A stretch of DNA of 64,000 nt from a bacterium (GTDB taxonomy: Bacteria > Patescibacteriota > Minisyncoccia > Phycocordibacterales > UBA12088): positions 100,488 through 164,487 of the forward strand of contig QKEV01000017.1 in assembly GCA_003252295.1 (NCBI GenBank). Reading direction: 5' to 3'. Of the stretch, positions 8,281 through 18,778 are shown piece by piece; the stretch's first letter is position 1, and each line of letters opens with the position of its first letter. A program made the position numbers and the translations under genes. The notes under the pieces are model-generated. The model was not told the DNA's origin. It did no database searches and saw nothing but the letters and a program-made list of their open reading frames with translations.

Positions 8281-10239
8281 TTGCTTATGGAGCATCTAAA
8301 AACACTAAATGACGCACAAAAAAAGGCTGTTTTGACTACTGAAGGTCCTGTTTTAGTACTTGCGGGGGCAGGAGCAGGAAAAACGAGAACCATTACACAT
8401 AGGATAGTACACTTAGTCAAGGGTGGTGTACCAGCATACAACATCCTTGCTATTACCTTCACTAACAAGGCAGCGCGTGAGATGCGTGAACGTGCACGAA
8501 CACTCCTTGCAACCTACGGCGAGGAGGACGCCGCAAAGAAAGTTACTGTTTCCACCTTCCACGCACTCTGCGTTATCCTTCTACGTCAATACGCAGATAC
8601 ACTCGGCATCAAGAGACACTTTACAATCTACGACAGGAACGATTCACTGCGTGCTATAAAGAAGGCTCTCAAGACCCTTGGAGAAGATGAAAAGCAGTTC
8701 GAGCCACGCACCATACTGGGAGCTATCAGCAGAGCAAAAGGAGACGCCACACCACTTACCACCTACCGAGAAGAAACAGGGAATGAGTACTTCAAAAATA
8801 TTGTGGCACAGGTATGGGAAGAGTATGAGAAGACGTTGCGAAAAGATAGTGCACTCGATTTTGATGACCTTCTCCTCTACACATGGAAAATGCTCAGCAC
8901 AAAACCTGAGGTTCGCTCAGCACTCTCTTCTCGATATCGCTACATACATATAGATGAGTATCAGGACACGAACAAGGTACAGTATGAGATAGTTCGTCTC
9001 ATAGGAAGCGGGCATGGCAACATCTTTTGTGTTGGAGATCTCGACCAGAATATTTACTCTTGGAGAGGGTCAACAACAGAAAACATCCTTGCTTTTGAAA
9101 CCACATTTCCTGACGCCACAACCATTCTCCTTGAAGAAAACTATCGCTCTACACAGAACATTATCGCTGTTTCAAATACTGTTATTGAAAAAAATGTGCG
9201 AAGAAAAAAGAAACGACTCTTCACCAACAACCCTGAAGGGGAGAAATTATCACTCATTTTCGGTTTCGATGAGCACGATGAAGCACAAAAAATCATCACT
9301 ACTATTGATGAACTTCTTGGGTCGGGTATTTCTGCAAAAGATATTGCTGTACTCTATCGAGCCAATTTTCAATCACGAGTACTTGAAGAAGCATGTCTCA
9401 CCTACAACATACCCTACAAAGTACTTGGTACACGCTTCTTTGATAGAAAAGAGGTGAAAGATATGCTTTCGTATGTGCGTGCCGCACTCAACCCTGAGAG
9501 TGAAATTGATATTACACGCACTATTAATACACCACTCCGTGGAATAGGGAAGGTAACCGTAACAAAACTTTTTACTGAGGGTAGGGAAACACTCAATGGA
9601 AAAGCAAAGGACAAGGTGAATGATTACTTCAATATACTACGAGATATCAAAAAACGAGCCGAGGTAGAAAAAGCATCTGAAGTACTCAAATACACCCTTG
9701 AACGCTCCGGTATTGAAAAAAGCCTTATAGGAAGAGGGGGTGAAGAAGAAGAGCGACTGCAGAACATTCAAGAACTCGTCTCCCTTGCAGTAAGCAGGTA
9801 CGACGACCTTGATGCTCCAGATGGTCTTTTGCGACTACTTGAAGATGCGGCACTTGCTACAGACCAGGACGAGCTCGATAACCGAACTGAGAAAAACACT
9901 GATGGTGTCACCCTTATGACCATACACGCAGCAAAAGGACTCGAGTACAAACATGTTTTCATTGCAGGACTGGAAGACAGTCTGTTTCCACATGAACGTG
10001 CACCATCTGCAGCAGGGGAGCATGTGGATGAAGAGGAGGAACGTCGTCTTTTCTACGTTGCCCTCACGAGAGCAAAAGAGAAGATACATCTTTCATATGC
10101 GCAGGTGCGTACCGTATTTGGCCAACGGATGACAAGAATGCCGAGTGAGTTTCTCCTTGATATCGATGAATCATTTGTTGAAACAAGCAGTATTGGCGGA
10201 AGTAGCACACAACCTTCAAAGGTGGTATACCTAGACTAA
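8281..10239 (+). CDS. uvrD: UvrD/PcrA/Rep-family superfamily 1 DNA helicase
   Basis: Walker A (LAGAGAGKTRTITHRIVHL), helicase motifs (TFTNKAAREM; DEYQDTN; VGDLDQNIYSWRG; YRS; TIHAAKGLEY; VALTRAKEK). The ORF starts with TTG. Confidence 0.9.
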   Translation: MLMEHLKTLNDAQKKAVLTTEGPVLVLAGAGAGKTRTITHRIVHLVKGGVPAYNILAITFTNKAAREMRERARTLLATYGEEDAAKKVTVSTFHALCVILLRQYADTLGIKRHFTIYDRNDSLRAIKKALKTLGEDEKQFEPRTILGAISRAKGDATPLTTYREETGNEYFKNIVAQVWEEYEKTLRKDSALDFDDLLLYTWKMLSTKPEVRSALSSRYRYIHIDEYQDTNKVQYEIVRLIGSGHGNIFCVGDLDQNIYSWRGSTTENILAFETTFPDATTILLEENYRSTQNIIAVSNTVIEKNVRRKKKRLFTNNPEGEKLSLIFGFDEHDEAQKIITTIDELLGSGISAKDIAVLYRANFQSRVLEEACLTYNIPYKVLGTRFFDRKEVKDMLSYVRAALNPESEIDITRTINTPLRGIGKVTVTKLFTEGRETLNGKAKDKVNDYFNILRDIKKRAEVEKASEVLKYTLERSGIEKSLIGRGGEEEERLQNIQELVSLAVSRYDDLDAPDGLLRLLEDAALATDQDELDNRTEKNTDGVTLMTIHAAKGLEYKHVFIAGLEDSLFPHERAPSAAGEHVDEEEERRLFYVALTRAKEKIHLSYAQVRTVFGQRMTRMPSEFLLDIDESFVETSSIGGSSTQPSKVVYLD

Positions 10240-10273
10240 GCTACATCATGTAGTTTCTTGCATAAAATTTACA

Positions 10274-11053
10274 ATGAAAACCCCAAAACTTGGTCAACAT
10301 TTTCTCACCCGTCCAACAACAGCGCGCATGATAGCGGAATCTGTTTTACTGCCAGAAAGTAAGACGGTGCTAGAAATAGGTCCTGGTCATGGCATTCTCA
10401 CTCGTGAACTACTCGCCATAGCTGATACTGTTGTTGCTATCGAAAAAGATACCATTTTAAATGATGAGCTCACAAAAACATTTGCAAAAGAAATAGAAAC
10501 AGGCAAACTTATTCTCCTCAACAGAGATATCCGTAACTTCACTCCTTCTGGATGCAGTGAACTACTCAATGGTTACTCTGTTGTTGCAAACATCCCCTAC
10601 TACATCACTGGCCAGATCATACGTCTCTTTCTTACAGCAGAACACCAACCGCACAGCATGGCTCTCCTCATACAAAAAGAGGTTGCACAACGTATTGTAG
10701 CAAAGGATAACAAACACAGCTTACTATCACTTTCCGTACACGTATTTGGAACACCAAAATTGGCAAAAGTAGTAAAAGCTGGAGCTTTTTCACCTCCACC
10801 AAAGGTTGATTCTGCAGTTTTGGTTATAGAAAACATATCTAGAACTAATTTTGACGAAAATATCGACGAAAATATGTTTTTTATGCTGCTCAGAAAAGCA
10901 TTTTCACAGAAAAGGAAGATGATTGGTTCAACCTTAAAGGATATGGTAAAGGATGACACCTTCGTAAACTGTAGTGTTGATAAAACAATGCGACCTGAAG
11001 ATGTACCCTTAGAAACATGGCTCTGTTTAGCAACAAGTAGCACAAACCAGTAG
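10274..11053 (+). CDS. rsmA: 16S rRNA (adenine1518/1519-N6)-dimethyltransferase RsmA/KsgA
   Basis: LGQHFLTRPTTARMIAESV, the SAM-binding EIGPGHGILTRELL, and NIPYYITGQII. Confidence 0.85.
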   Translation: MKTPKLGQHFLTRPTTARMIAESVLLPESKTVLEIGPGHGILTRELLAIADTVVAIEKDTILNDELTKTFAKEIETGKLILLNRDIRNFTPSGCSELLNGYSVVANIPYYITGQIIRLFLTAEHQPHSMALLIQKEVAQRIVAKDNKHSLLSLSVHVFGTPKLAKVVKAGAFSPPPKVDSAVLVIENISRTNFDENIDENMFFMLLRKAFSQKRKMIGSTLKDMVKDDTFVNCSVDKTMRPEDVPLETWLCLATSSTNQ

Positions 11054-11170
11054 AGCACTCATTACACTTACCCGTTACGCTTTACAATGAACACCTCTCA
11101 TGAGGTATTTTGTTTTGTGCACATGTACCTACACAGAAAAATATACAGGTGGTATTGTTGTAGTACACAT

Positions 11171-12397
11171 ATGAAGAAAGCATTAGAAACGTACAAGCAA
11201 CTACTTACACAAAAAACGCTCATATACATTTTGCTTCCAGTACTGTACATAGCAAGTTTTCTACTTGTTAACGCAGCAATTGATACGAGTTCTTCTATTA
11301 CTTCGAATGATAGTACTATTCTTGAAAGCAAAGAAGTGTCTAGTACACCCGTTACACTATCTGAACAGTACCCACCTGTCACAGGTGAACGAACAGTTGC
11401 TGTTATTCTTGTTAACTTTCTTGATGACCAAGATGAACCGGGTACACCAGAAAAAACCTTGGAAATCATGAGTGAAGTGTCTGATTACTTCGAGGAAGTT
11501 TCATATGGTGCAGTACATCTATCAACAGATGTCTATGGATGGTGGACTCTTCCATTTGACACATCACGTTGCACAGAACAGGGTTCACACCTTGTTGGTC
11601 TTGATATTAAAAAGGAAGCAATAAGGCGTGGTGTAAACCTATCACCATACAATCATGTGATATTTGTTTTCAACAAGAGACAGGGTTCTTGGTGTAAGGG
11701 TGGATTAGGAACAGTTATGGGAGGGCAGGGTATGGTTTGGCTAACATGGGAGGACACATATGCCGGTGAAAAGACGAGTTTTGACAGCTTATATGGCATC
11801 AGTAGAATCGTCCATGAAATTGGCCATAATTTAGGACTGAAGCATGCAAACAGACTTGATTGCGGTGAGACAACTTTTGGTGACTCCTGCACAACTATCG
11901 GCTACGGGGATTTCTATGATGCCATGGGAACCCTATCGCAATATCGAGCATCACACTTTAATGCTTTCCAAAAAATGAAGCTGGGTTGGATAAGCGATGC
12001 ACAAGACATCGAAAATAGAATACAGACAATCACTGAGGATGGGGAATACTTTATAGATACCTACGAAACACCTGGTGGCATAAAAGCACTTCGCTTTCCA
12101 CGAGGTCCAGGAATAAAAGGTGGCACCGACTACTACTACATAGAGTATCGGCAACCTATTGGTTGGGATACAGAACTGAAAGAGGGAACACACACTGCCA
12201 CTAATGGTGTGCTCGTTCACCTTGGTAATGACACCATAGACAACTCCAGTCGTTTACTCGACATGCAACCAACAAACACAACAGGACATGAACTTTTACA
12301 AAGAAACACCTTTAAAGATACTGAAACAGGGGTAGAGATACAGCTCCTCGACACGAGCACCAAAGGTGCAACTGTTAGGGTGAGGCTCGCTGAGTAG
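11171..12397 (+). CDS. Secreted or membrane-anchored zinc metalloprotease (metzincin-like HExxHxxGxxH)
   Basis: HEIGHNLGLKH motif. N-terminal TM/signal (LIYILLPVLYIASFLLVNAAI). The start was chosen at the internal Met (MKKALETYK...). The ORF track starts at 11087. Confidence 0.5.
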   Translation: MKKALETYKQLLTQKTLIYILLPVLYIASFLLVNAAIDTSSSITSNDSTILESKEVSSTPVTLSEQYPPVTGERTVAVILVNFLDDQDEPGTPEKTLEIMSEVSDYFEEVSYGAVHLSTDVYGWWTLPFDTSRCTEQGSHLVGLDIKKEAIRRGVNLSPYNHVIFVFNKRQGSWCKGGLGTVMGGQGMVWLTWEDTYAGEKTSFDSLYGISRIVHEIGHNLGLKHANRLDCGETTFGDSCTTIGYGDFYDAMGTLSQYRASHFNAFQKMKLGWISDAQDIENRIQTITEDGEYFIDTYETPGGIKALRFPRGPGIKGGTDYYYIEYRQPIGWDTELKEGTHTATNGVLVHLGNDTIDNSSRLLDMQPTNTTGHELLQRNTFKDTETGVEIQLLDTSTKGATVRVRLAE

Positions 12398-12411
12398 CAT
12401 TATTCCTCAAA

Positions 12412-12442
12412 ACAAAAACCCTGGTAAAACCAGGGTTTTTAT
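12412..12442. terminator. Bidirectional Rho-independent terminator
   Basis: aaaaaccctgg-taaaa-ccagggttttt lies between convergent genes that end at 12397 and 12459. Confidence 0.55.
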
Positions 12443-12458
12443 ATAACTTAGTTATTCT

Positions 12459-12878
12459 CTAGTAGAGTGAGGTACCAAAAAAGTCTACTATTGGACCTGC
12501 CCCAACCACCTCACATGAGCAAACTTCATCGTCATCGTCGTCATCGTCGTCATCGTCACTACTACCACCATCCTGACCACAGATAATGAGATGGCATTCT
12601 TTGTAACCCCATGCTACCCCTAACTGCCAAGCGGTAGGGTAAGGTCTGTAGTGTTCATACATCCTGTACATTGCCGGACAGTACATGAAATCTCCTCCTC
12701 TTGGACCTCCAAGAGTGATCAGGTTGCATGGCTCACATTCACAGTAGATTATATTGAGGGCTCTCCCTCCCATAAGTGCAGCTTGTGCCTCACTTGATGG
12801 TGTTGGAACAAGAACACCAGACAAAGCAACTACTGCAATACACATTGAAAATACAGTGTTTTTTAGTTGATTGATCAT
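12459..12878 (-). CDS. Small secreted Cys-rich protein with a poly-Asp (D10) tract
   Basis: Signal peptide (MINQLKNTVFSMCIAVVALSGVLVPTPSSEAQA), 10 Cys, and SSDDDDDDDDDDEV encoded by a (GAC/GAT)n trinucleotide repeat at ~12535-12570. Confidence 0.5.
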   Translation of the reverse strand: MINQLKNTVFSMCIAVVALSGVLVPTPSSEAQAALMGGRALNIIYCECEPCNLITLGGPRGGDFMYCPAMYRMYEHYRPYPTAWQLGVAWGYKECHLIICGQDGGSSDDDDDDDDDDEVCSCEVVGAGPIVDFFGTSLY

Positions 12879-14005
12879 ATTTCTAAAATAAATGACTTTG
12901 CATTGCTAATACCATTCACATTCACCACAGTAATCCACACCTCCTCTTGTGTCGTCACGATTTTTGCATCGAGGTTTGCCCGCACAAGCTTCTTTTCGAA
13001 TGGTTCATAGTCAAACACGAATGTTTTTTCGTCGTTAGACTTCATGTGATTGAATTCTGTCTGACTTGTTATAATGTCATTCTCTGTACTTGTGAAGTTA
13101 GTTCCAGTAATCGTTATCTCGTCTCCTTGCTCTATCATCTCAGGTGTAATACTTGTGATAGTTGGTGCGCCTGGTCCATTCTTATCTCCTATCCATATCA
13201 CTGTATCGTACTCACTCTCAGTATCTTCATCACGAACATTTACTTGATATTTTCCTGGTGTAAGACCTGGAACAGTAATACTTAGTTCAGTACCATTACT
13301 TGAAACAAGTTCACTCTCCATCAACTCACTGTTCCACAAAACATCAATTTTCTTACCTGTTCCAAACCCTTCTCCAGTGAGTGTTACCTTGTCTCCTGGA
13401 AAAGCATAGTTTGATGAAGCGTAGTGAAGGTCAATTTTTCCATCTATATTTCCCGAAGAGCTTATTTCTCCCATATCACCCCCCTCTAAACTGTACTCTT
13501 GCCGTTGCCATTTTGGTGTACTACACACCTCATCACCACAACCACACTTCCATCTGCCATCGATTTTTTGGCAAATATAGGCTAAAACCTTACCTTTTTC
13601 GCCACTTTTGACACCAACAAGATCAGTTGTTGCTGCACCCACTATCCACGGACCAACGGTTTTTTCTCCAGAAAAGGTGATCTTTTGCCATTTTCCATCT
13701 ACCCTTTCGTATCCATACTTGTATATGTATTGTGTCGAGAGACCGTTTCCAATGTAAGCGGTAGCAGACCCTTCACCTTTACATGTCACAAGCATGAGCA
13801 GTTCATTTGTTGTGCTAAAAAGATCAACAGGACTTCCATAATCACTGGAAGCAAGTGTGTTTTTACTAGTAATAGTATGACAAACAGTGTACATGTCCGT
13901 CTCTGATGCGGCTTTCACCTCACCAGCACCCATCAAACAAAGAGGGCAGGCAAGGAGTAGGAACAACACCTTAAAATATTTACTCATGAAAAAATTGTAC
14001 CACAA
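12875..14005 (-). CDS. Secreted protein with IPT/TIG-like Ig-fold repeats
   Basis: Signal peptide (KVLFLLLACPLCLMGAGEVKA). Two segments resemble IPT/TIG domains (DKVTLTGEGFGTGKKIDVLWNSE...YQVNVRD; PTITSITPEMIEQGDEITITGTNFTS). ATGA start/stop overlap with the downstream gene. Confidence 0.45.
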   Translation of the reverse strand: MWYNFFMSKYFKVLFLLLACPLCLMGAGEVKAASETDMYTVCHTITSKNTLASSDYGSPVDLFSTTNELLMLVTCKGEGSATAYIGNGLSTQYIYKYGYERVDGKWQKITFSGEKTVGPWIVGAATTDLVGVKSGEKGKVLAYICQKIDGRWKCGCGDEVCSTPKWQRQEYSLEGGDMGEISSSGNIDGKIDLHYASSNYAFPGDKVTLTGEGFGTGKKIDVLWNSELMESELVSSNGTELSITVPGLTPGKYQVNVRDEDTESEYDTVIWIGDKNGPGAPTITSITPEMIEQGDEITITGTNFTSTENDIITSQTEFNHMKSNDEKTFVFDYEPFEKKLVRANLDAKIVTTQEEVWITVVNVNGISNAKSFILEI

Positions 14006-14125
14006 GTAAACGTAGCTAAACGATTATTCCACACAGTCAGTATTAGGAGAAATGCAAAAAAATAATCCACAGTTTCTATGTAAATTGTCTTATGTGTATG
14101 AATAAGAGAGCGTATACTGATATGT

Positions 14126-15109
14126 ATGAAGAACCCGAAAACGGTGAGTTCTGCAAACCGTCACATGCTCATATTTACTTCGCTGGTAGTGTGTGCGTTT
14201 GTTGGTATGGTTGCTTTCGTGTTCACACGTGATACTACGCAGGTTATACAGAACGACACACTTGCTGTAAACGAGTTGAATGGTTTCGACATGACATATG
14301 AGGAAGATACTGACGGCGACGGACTTGCAAACTGGGAAGAGACACTCTGGGGTACCGACCCAGAGAATGCTGATACTGACGGTGACGGTATTCGAGATAA
14401 GGAGGACGTGTTTGCAAACAGTGAAACTGCTTTTGCTATTGATGATCAATCATCCTCAGGTAACAACAGCGCAAACCTAGTATCACGAAACAGTGATGGA
14501 ACCGAAACACCAGACAATGCCACAGGGATACTTTCAAAGGAAATGTTCAGTGCATACATGCTTACACTCAAGAACGGGGAAACATTCACACAAGAAGATC
14601 AAGACCTTGCCTTTACTCGTGCTCTTGATGAAGCTGCTCCACAGCTGACCCCACCTAGGTACACCATAAATGATGTACATACGGTACCAGCAACTGATGC
14701 AAATAGGGCTCGCTACGTAAAGTCAGTACTAGAAACATTTCAAAACATGATTGATGGTGTGGTAAGTGAAAAAAAATCACTCTATGATATCGGACAGGGA
14801 AACACCGACCAAGGAGTAAGTGATTTGAAGAAAACTGTTGCAAACTACAAACAGTACACACAAACACTAGAAGACATGTCAGTGCCAAATGACGCTATAG
14901 AGACACACCATACCTTGGTGCAGAAACTGCTCACATACGTGTACATAGTAGAAGGTTTGAGTATGCTCAATGAAGATCCTGTACGTGCAGCTACAGCACT
15001 TCAACTGTTCAGCTACACCTACGGTGAATTGAATGCTTCATATGGGTTATTCACGACCTATGTGAAAAGCAATAGCGAGAGCATTATCAATGGTGGTGGC
15101 TTACGTTAA
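14126..15109 (+). CDS. Membrane-anchored extracellular protein with thrombospondin type-3-like Ca-binding repeats
   Basis: N-terminal TM (LIFTSLVVCAFVGMVAFVF). DTDGDGLANWEE...DTDGDGIRDKED DxDxDG repeats. Confidence 0.45.
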   Translation: MKNPKTVSSANRHMLIFTSLVVCAFVGMVAFVFTRDTTQVIQNDTLAVNELNGFDMTYEEDTDGDGLANWEETLWGTDPENADTDGDGIRDKEDVFANSETAFAIDDQSSSGNNSANLVSRNSDGTETPDNATGILSKEMFSAYMLTLKNGETFTQEDQDLAFTRALDEAAPQLTPPRYTINDVHTVPATDANRARYVKSVLETFQNMIDGVVSEKKSLYDIGQGNTDQGVSDLKKTVANYKQYTQTLEDMSVPNDAIETHHTLVQKLLTYVYIVEGLSMLNEDPVRAATALQLFSYTYGELNASYGLFTTYVKSNSESIINGGGLR

Positions 15110-15120
15110 GCACTTAGTTA

Positions 15121-16617
15121 ATGATCATCATGTTTTCAAAACTTAAAAACTCTTTCACAGCCCTCATCATCGTAACTCTCCTTGCGCCAGGTTTTTACTT
15201 TGGTATGCAACCAGCTCCGAAAGCTGAGGCGGACATGGCAGGTATTATTGGTGACATTGTTGGTGCAGGAGTGTCATATGTTATGTGTGAGTATGGTGAC
15301 GAACTCATGGGTGCACTTGGTGATCTCTTGGGTGGTGCTATTGAAGGACTGTTTGGTGATTTCTTAGGTGACTTCGGCAGTATTTTGGGATTTGGTGATG
15401 ATAAGGATGGTGATGGAACAGGTGATGGGGTTGATTACAAAGTAGCTTTTCAAGATGCAGTACCTACAAATGAACAAAACAAATCTGTTGTTTTGAATAC
15501 GAACTCTATTGCACGTGGTACTGAAACACAGGTGTACAAAGAGTGTGTACTTGACCCGGCTGCCTGGGTGGTGAAAGCCATTCTTGTGAACACTATTACA
15601 CAAGACATTCTCGATTGGGTTAATGGTGGCTTCTATGATGGTCCGGTATTTTTGAGAGATCCTATTGAGTTTATGAAAAACCTTGCTGAGTCAATGCTCT
15701 TTAGCTTCTTGGAAGACTCTGGTCTTGCTGATGCACTCTGTACGCCATTTAGAGACTATACAATAGACTTTGTACGTAATACTGCTACACAACCTACCTT
15801 CAGTAAAACCGGCTTCAGTAGCGCGTCGTGTAACTTTGGCGAACTGGGTGGTGAAAGTAACTACATAGCTATGGTGGAGGATGGGGATATTTTAAGTGCA
15901 GGACTCACAGCCGCTGCAGCAATTACCCTTGAAGGTAACAACCCATACAGTGCGGTCTTCAATGTACAAGATGAAGCGTCACAACGTGTTGATCAAATTG
16001 TGAACCAGCAGATGACCCGTGTACAGTACAGTGATGGCTACTTTTCAATGGATTGTGATTACAATGGAACTGTTGATACCTGTACACCAGGTCAGTTGGT
16101 ATCAAAACAGGTCGACGATTGGCTCGGCGGTTCACTCTCAGAACTTGAAAATGCTGACGAAATAGGTGAGATCATTGATGCAGCAATAAGCTACATGGTA
16201 CATTCCATCTTCTCTGACTCCTCAACCGATGGTTTGCTTGAAGGTGGTCGCTTTGATGAGGAATATAACCCTGTTACTGGTGGTGAGATTTCGGACACAG
16301 CTACAGGTGGCACCCCTGACAACACAAACACTACCTTCCTCTGGAAACCATTCTCAAGTGCTACTGGTAAACTCGAGGTGCTTCTACCATCAACATTTGT
16401 TGACACCTGTAAAGTGACCGTCCAAGGTTCTTTGAAGACAGAAGTACTCGACTTTATAGGTAGGACAAATGGAAATAGACCTACTTATCGTGGTGATTTT
16501 GCAGGAAGTCTCTATGGTTCACCAGTAAAAGTTACTGCATCATGTCCTACTAGTGGCGGCGGTAACACTACCACTGTATGGAACGTCCCTAATGCAGCAG
16601 CAACGTTTACGAAATAA
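15121..16617 (+). CDS. Hypothetical secreted or membrane-anchored Gly/Asp-rich protein
   Basis: N-terminal hydrophobic segment, then a GDxxG-rich region (GDLLGGAIEGLFGDFLGDFGSILGFGDDKDGDGTGDG). 498 aa. Confidence 0.45.
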   Translation: MIIMFSKLKNSFTALIIVTLLAPGFYFGMQPAPKAEADMAGIIGDIVGAGVSYVMCEYGDELMGALGDLLGGAIEGLFGDFLGDFGSILGFGDDKDGDGTGDGVDYKVAFQDAVPTNEQNKSVVLNTNSIARGTETQVYKECVLDPAAWVVKAILVNTITQDILDWVNGGFYDGPVFLRDPIEFMKNLAESMLFSFLEDSGLADALCTPFRDYTIDFVRNTATQPTFSKTGFSSASCNFGELGGESNYIAMVEDGDILSAGLTAAAAITLEGNNPYSAVFNVQDEASQRVDQIVNQQMTRVQYSDGYFSMDCDYNGTVDTCTPGQLVSKQVDDWLGGSLSELENADEIGEIIDAAISYMVHSIFSDSSTDGLLEGGRFDEEYNPVTGGEISDTATGGTPDNTNTTFLWKPFSSATGKLEVLLPSTFVDTCKVTVQGSLKTEVLDFIGRTNGNRPTYRGDFAGSLYGSPVKVTASCPTSGGGNTTTVWNVPNAAATFTK

Positions 16618-16640
16618 CAATTTGATCACATTACAAACCT

Positions 16641-18776
16641 ATGCACTACCTTCTAAAATATAAACGCACTATCGCCACCACTCTCTTACTAGCGTTTGTG
16701 GTTCCTGTGCTATCCTTGGGTTTTGGTGTGTCATCTACTGCCCAAGCGGCAACCGCAGTAGATCCTGTAAGTGACGGTATAGTAGTAAATCAAGATAATA
16801 TAAATGCACTTGAAGCTAAAAACGATTTGGATTTTGGTTGCTCTACAAGTTCACTGATCGGATGTCTTGCGTTTATCTCGTACTGGATCTTTCTCAAGCC
16901 AACCTTTGAGCTTGCAACATGGATGAGTATTCTCTTTAACCTATCATTCACCAAGTTTGTTGTTGGTATGGGACACTTGGTAAACAGTATGACTGGTGTA
17001 GATAAAGCGTGGCAGACCCTGCGTGACATAGGAAACATCTTTCTTGTATTTCTCCTTGTATATGTTGGTATAGCAACCATACTTGGTATTTCGGGATATG
17101 GCTATAAGCAGCTCCTCTGGAGAATAGTACTTGCTGCACTTTTGGTAAACTTTAGCATCACCTTTGCAAAGGTTGTTATTGATGTGTCAAATCTTTTGGC
17201 TATTGAAATGTATCAGGTATTTTTATCAAAAACATACGGCGATGCAACAGCTACAGCTTGTTCAAACTATGCAACCTCAGGTGCGGAACTTAGCAATACT
17301 GATAAAAATGATTGTAACGATAAAGGTATAGCTGCAGTTTTTTGGTCACAGTTACAGTTTACAACCATTTTTAATATTAATAATATACCCGCATCAGCCA
17401 GCAAAAGAGACGAACAATGGAAGATGGTTACTGCAGCACTCATGGGTGGTGTCATGTCACTTGTTATGGCCTTTGTCTTTGGTGCTACTGCCTTTTTCCT
17501 TGTAGCTCGTTTTGTTACCCTAATCTTCCTTATTGTGGTATCACCGATTGCGCTCATAGCATGGATCACTAAGGTCTCGGGTAGTGGTAGCAAATGGTGG
17601 CATTCTCTTTTAAATCAAAGCATGTTTGCACCACTCATCCTCCTCATGTGGTACGTTGCCTATCAGGTTCTTGAGAGCATGAAAGGAAAAGGTCCTTCTA
17701 TTGCTAACGGTGGTTTGGCTTCGGGTTCCATGGTGGATATATCAGGCATCAGTCTTTTTGTTACTTTTGTTTTAGGTACTGGTTTTCTCATTGCAGGACT
17801 TGTTGTCGCAAAACAGTTTGGTGCCTATGGTGCCAGTGCTGTTATGAGTACTGGAAAACAATGGTCACGACGAGGTGTAGGTTTGATCACAGGAACCGCT
17901 GGTGGTATTGCGGGTGGCACCATTGCAGGTACAGCACTTTTGGGTCGCCAAACAGTTGGCCGTGCTGCTAATAGGATAAAGGATAATGAGGCACTCAAAG
18001 AAGGTTCAGTAAGTAGCAATTTTGCAAAACGCTGGGCATCAAGAAGTGTTCGCTCTGCAAGTGGTAAACTAGCAGAAAGCAACTTTGATGCACGAGGACT
18101 TGTTACCAACAAGAAGTTGAGTAGTGCTATTGGCAAAGCTGGTGGTAAGGGTGGATACAACAAGTGGGCTGAAAACAAGCAGAAGAAAGAAGAAGAGCTA
18201 CATAAAGATGTAACAAAGTACACTGGTAATGCGGAAGACAGACAAGAACTAAAGAATAAACTCGACGCTGAAAGAGCTAGGAATGAAGAGTCTAGCAGGA
18301 TAGCTGCAAATGATCGTTCGACACACGAGACCGCTCTCAGACAGGCAAAATACGAACATGAGACCGCACGAACCAATGAAGAAATTGCTGCTGCTGAAGC
18401 CAAAGTTAAGACAGTTCAAGGTGACCTTGATGCAGCGAAAAAACTACAAGAGGAACATGAGTCAAAGAGGGCAGCAGAACGAGAAGCAATTCGAATAGAA
18501 CAGGAGAAGATGTACGAAGAGAAAGGTAAGGAGCGCGCGTCGAGAAATATTGACCGTCTAGCAAGTGAATCAACTCTCTATAACCTACCAACACGAAAGT
18601 GGAAAAAAGATGTTGCTAGTAAGTTGCGAAAAAACCAAGGTAAGTCTGAGAATGAACAAACCGCAGAAAAGATCAAGAAGGTGTTAGATGCAATGGGTGA
18701 GGATAAACCAAAAACTGACACGGATGCAGCACCTGCTGATAGTGGAGCAGACACTTCAGGTCAAAGCAGCAACTAA
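16641..18776 (+). CDS. Polytopic membrane protein, VirB6/TrbL-like, with a long charged coiled-coil C-terminal tail
   Basis: Signal peptide, at least 6 predicted TM helices with loops, and a Gly-rich TM (GLITGTAGGIAGGTIAGTALLG). The C-terminus has ~250 aa of K/E/R-rich coiled coil. It sits at the head of the VirB3/VirB4 cluster. Confidence 0.4.
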   Translation: MHYLLKYKRTIATTLLLAFVVPVLSLGFGVSSTAQAATAVDPVSDGIVVNQDNINALEAKNDLDFGCSTSSLIGCLAFISYWIFLKPTFELATWMSILFNLSFTKFVVGMGHLVNSMTGVDKAWQTLRDIGNIFLVFLLVYVGIATILGISGYGYKQLLWRIVLAALLVNFSITFAKVVIDVSNLLAIEMYQVFLSKTYGDATATACSNYATSGAELSNTDKNDCNDKGIAAVFWSQLQFTTIFNINNIPASASKRDEQWKMVTAALMGGVMSLVMAFVFGATAFFLVARFVTLIFLIVVSPIALIAWITKVSGSGSKWWHSLLNQSMFAPLILLMWYVAYQVLESMKGKGPSIANGGLASGSMVDISGISLFVTFVLGTGFLIAGLVVAKQFGAYGASAVMSTGKQWSRRGVGLITGTAGGIAGGTIAGTALLGRQTVGRAANRIKDNEALKEGSVSSNFAKRWASRSVRSASGKLAESNFDARGLVTNKKLSSAIGKAGGKGGYNKWAENKQKKEEELHKDVTKYTGNAEDRQELKNKLDAERARNEESSRIAANDRSTHETALRQAKYEHETARTNEEIAAAEAKVKTVQGDLDAAKKLQEEHESKRAAEREAIRIEQEKMYEEKGKERASRNIDRLASESTLYNLPTRKWKKDVASKLRKNQGKSENEQTAEKIKKVLDAMGEDKPKTDTDAAPADSGADTSGQSSN

Positions 18777-18778
18777 GT

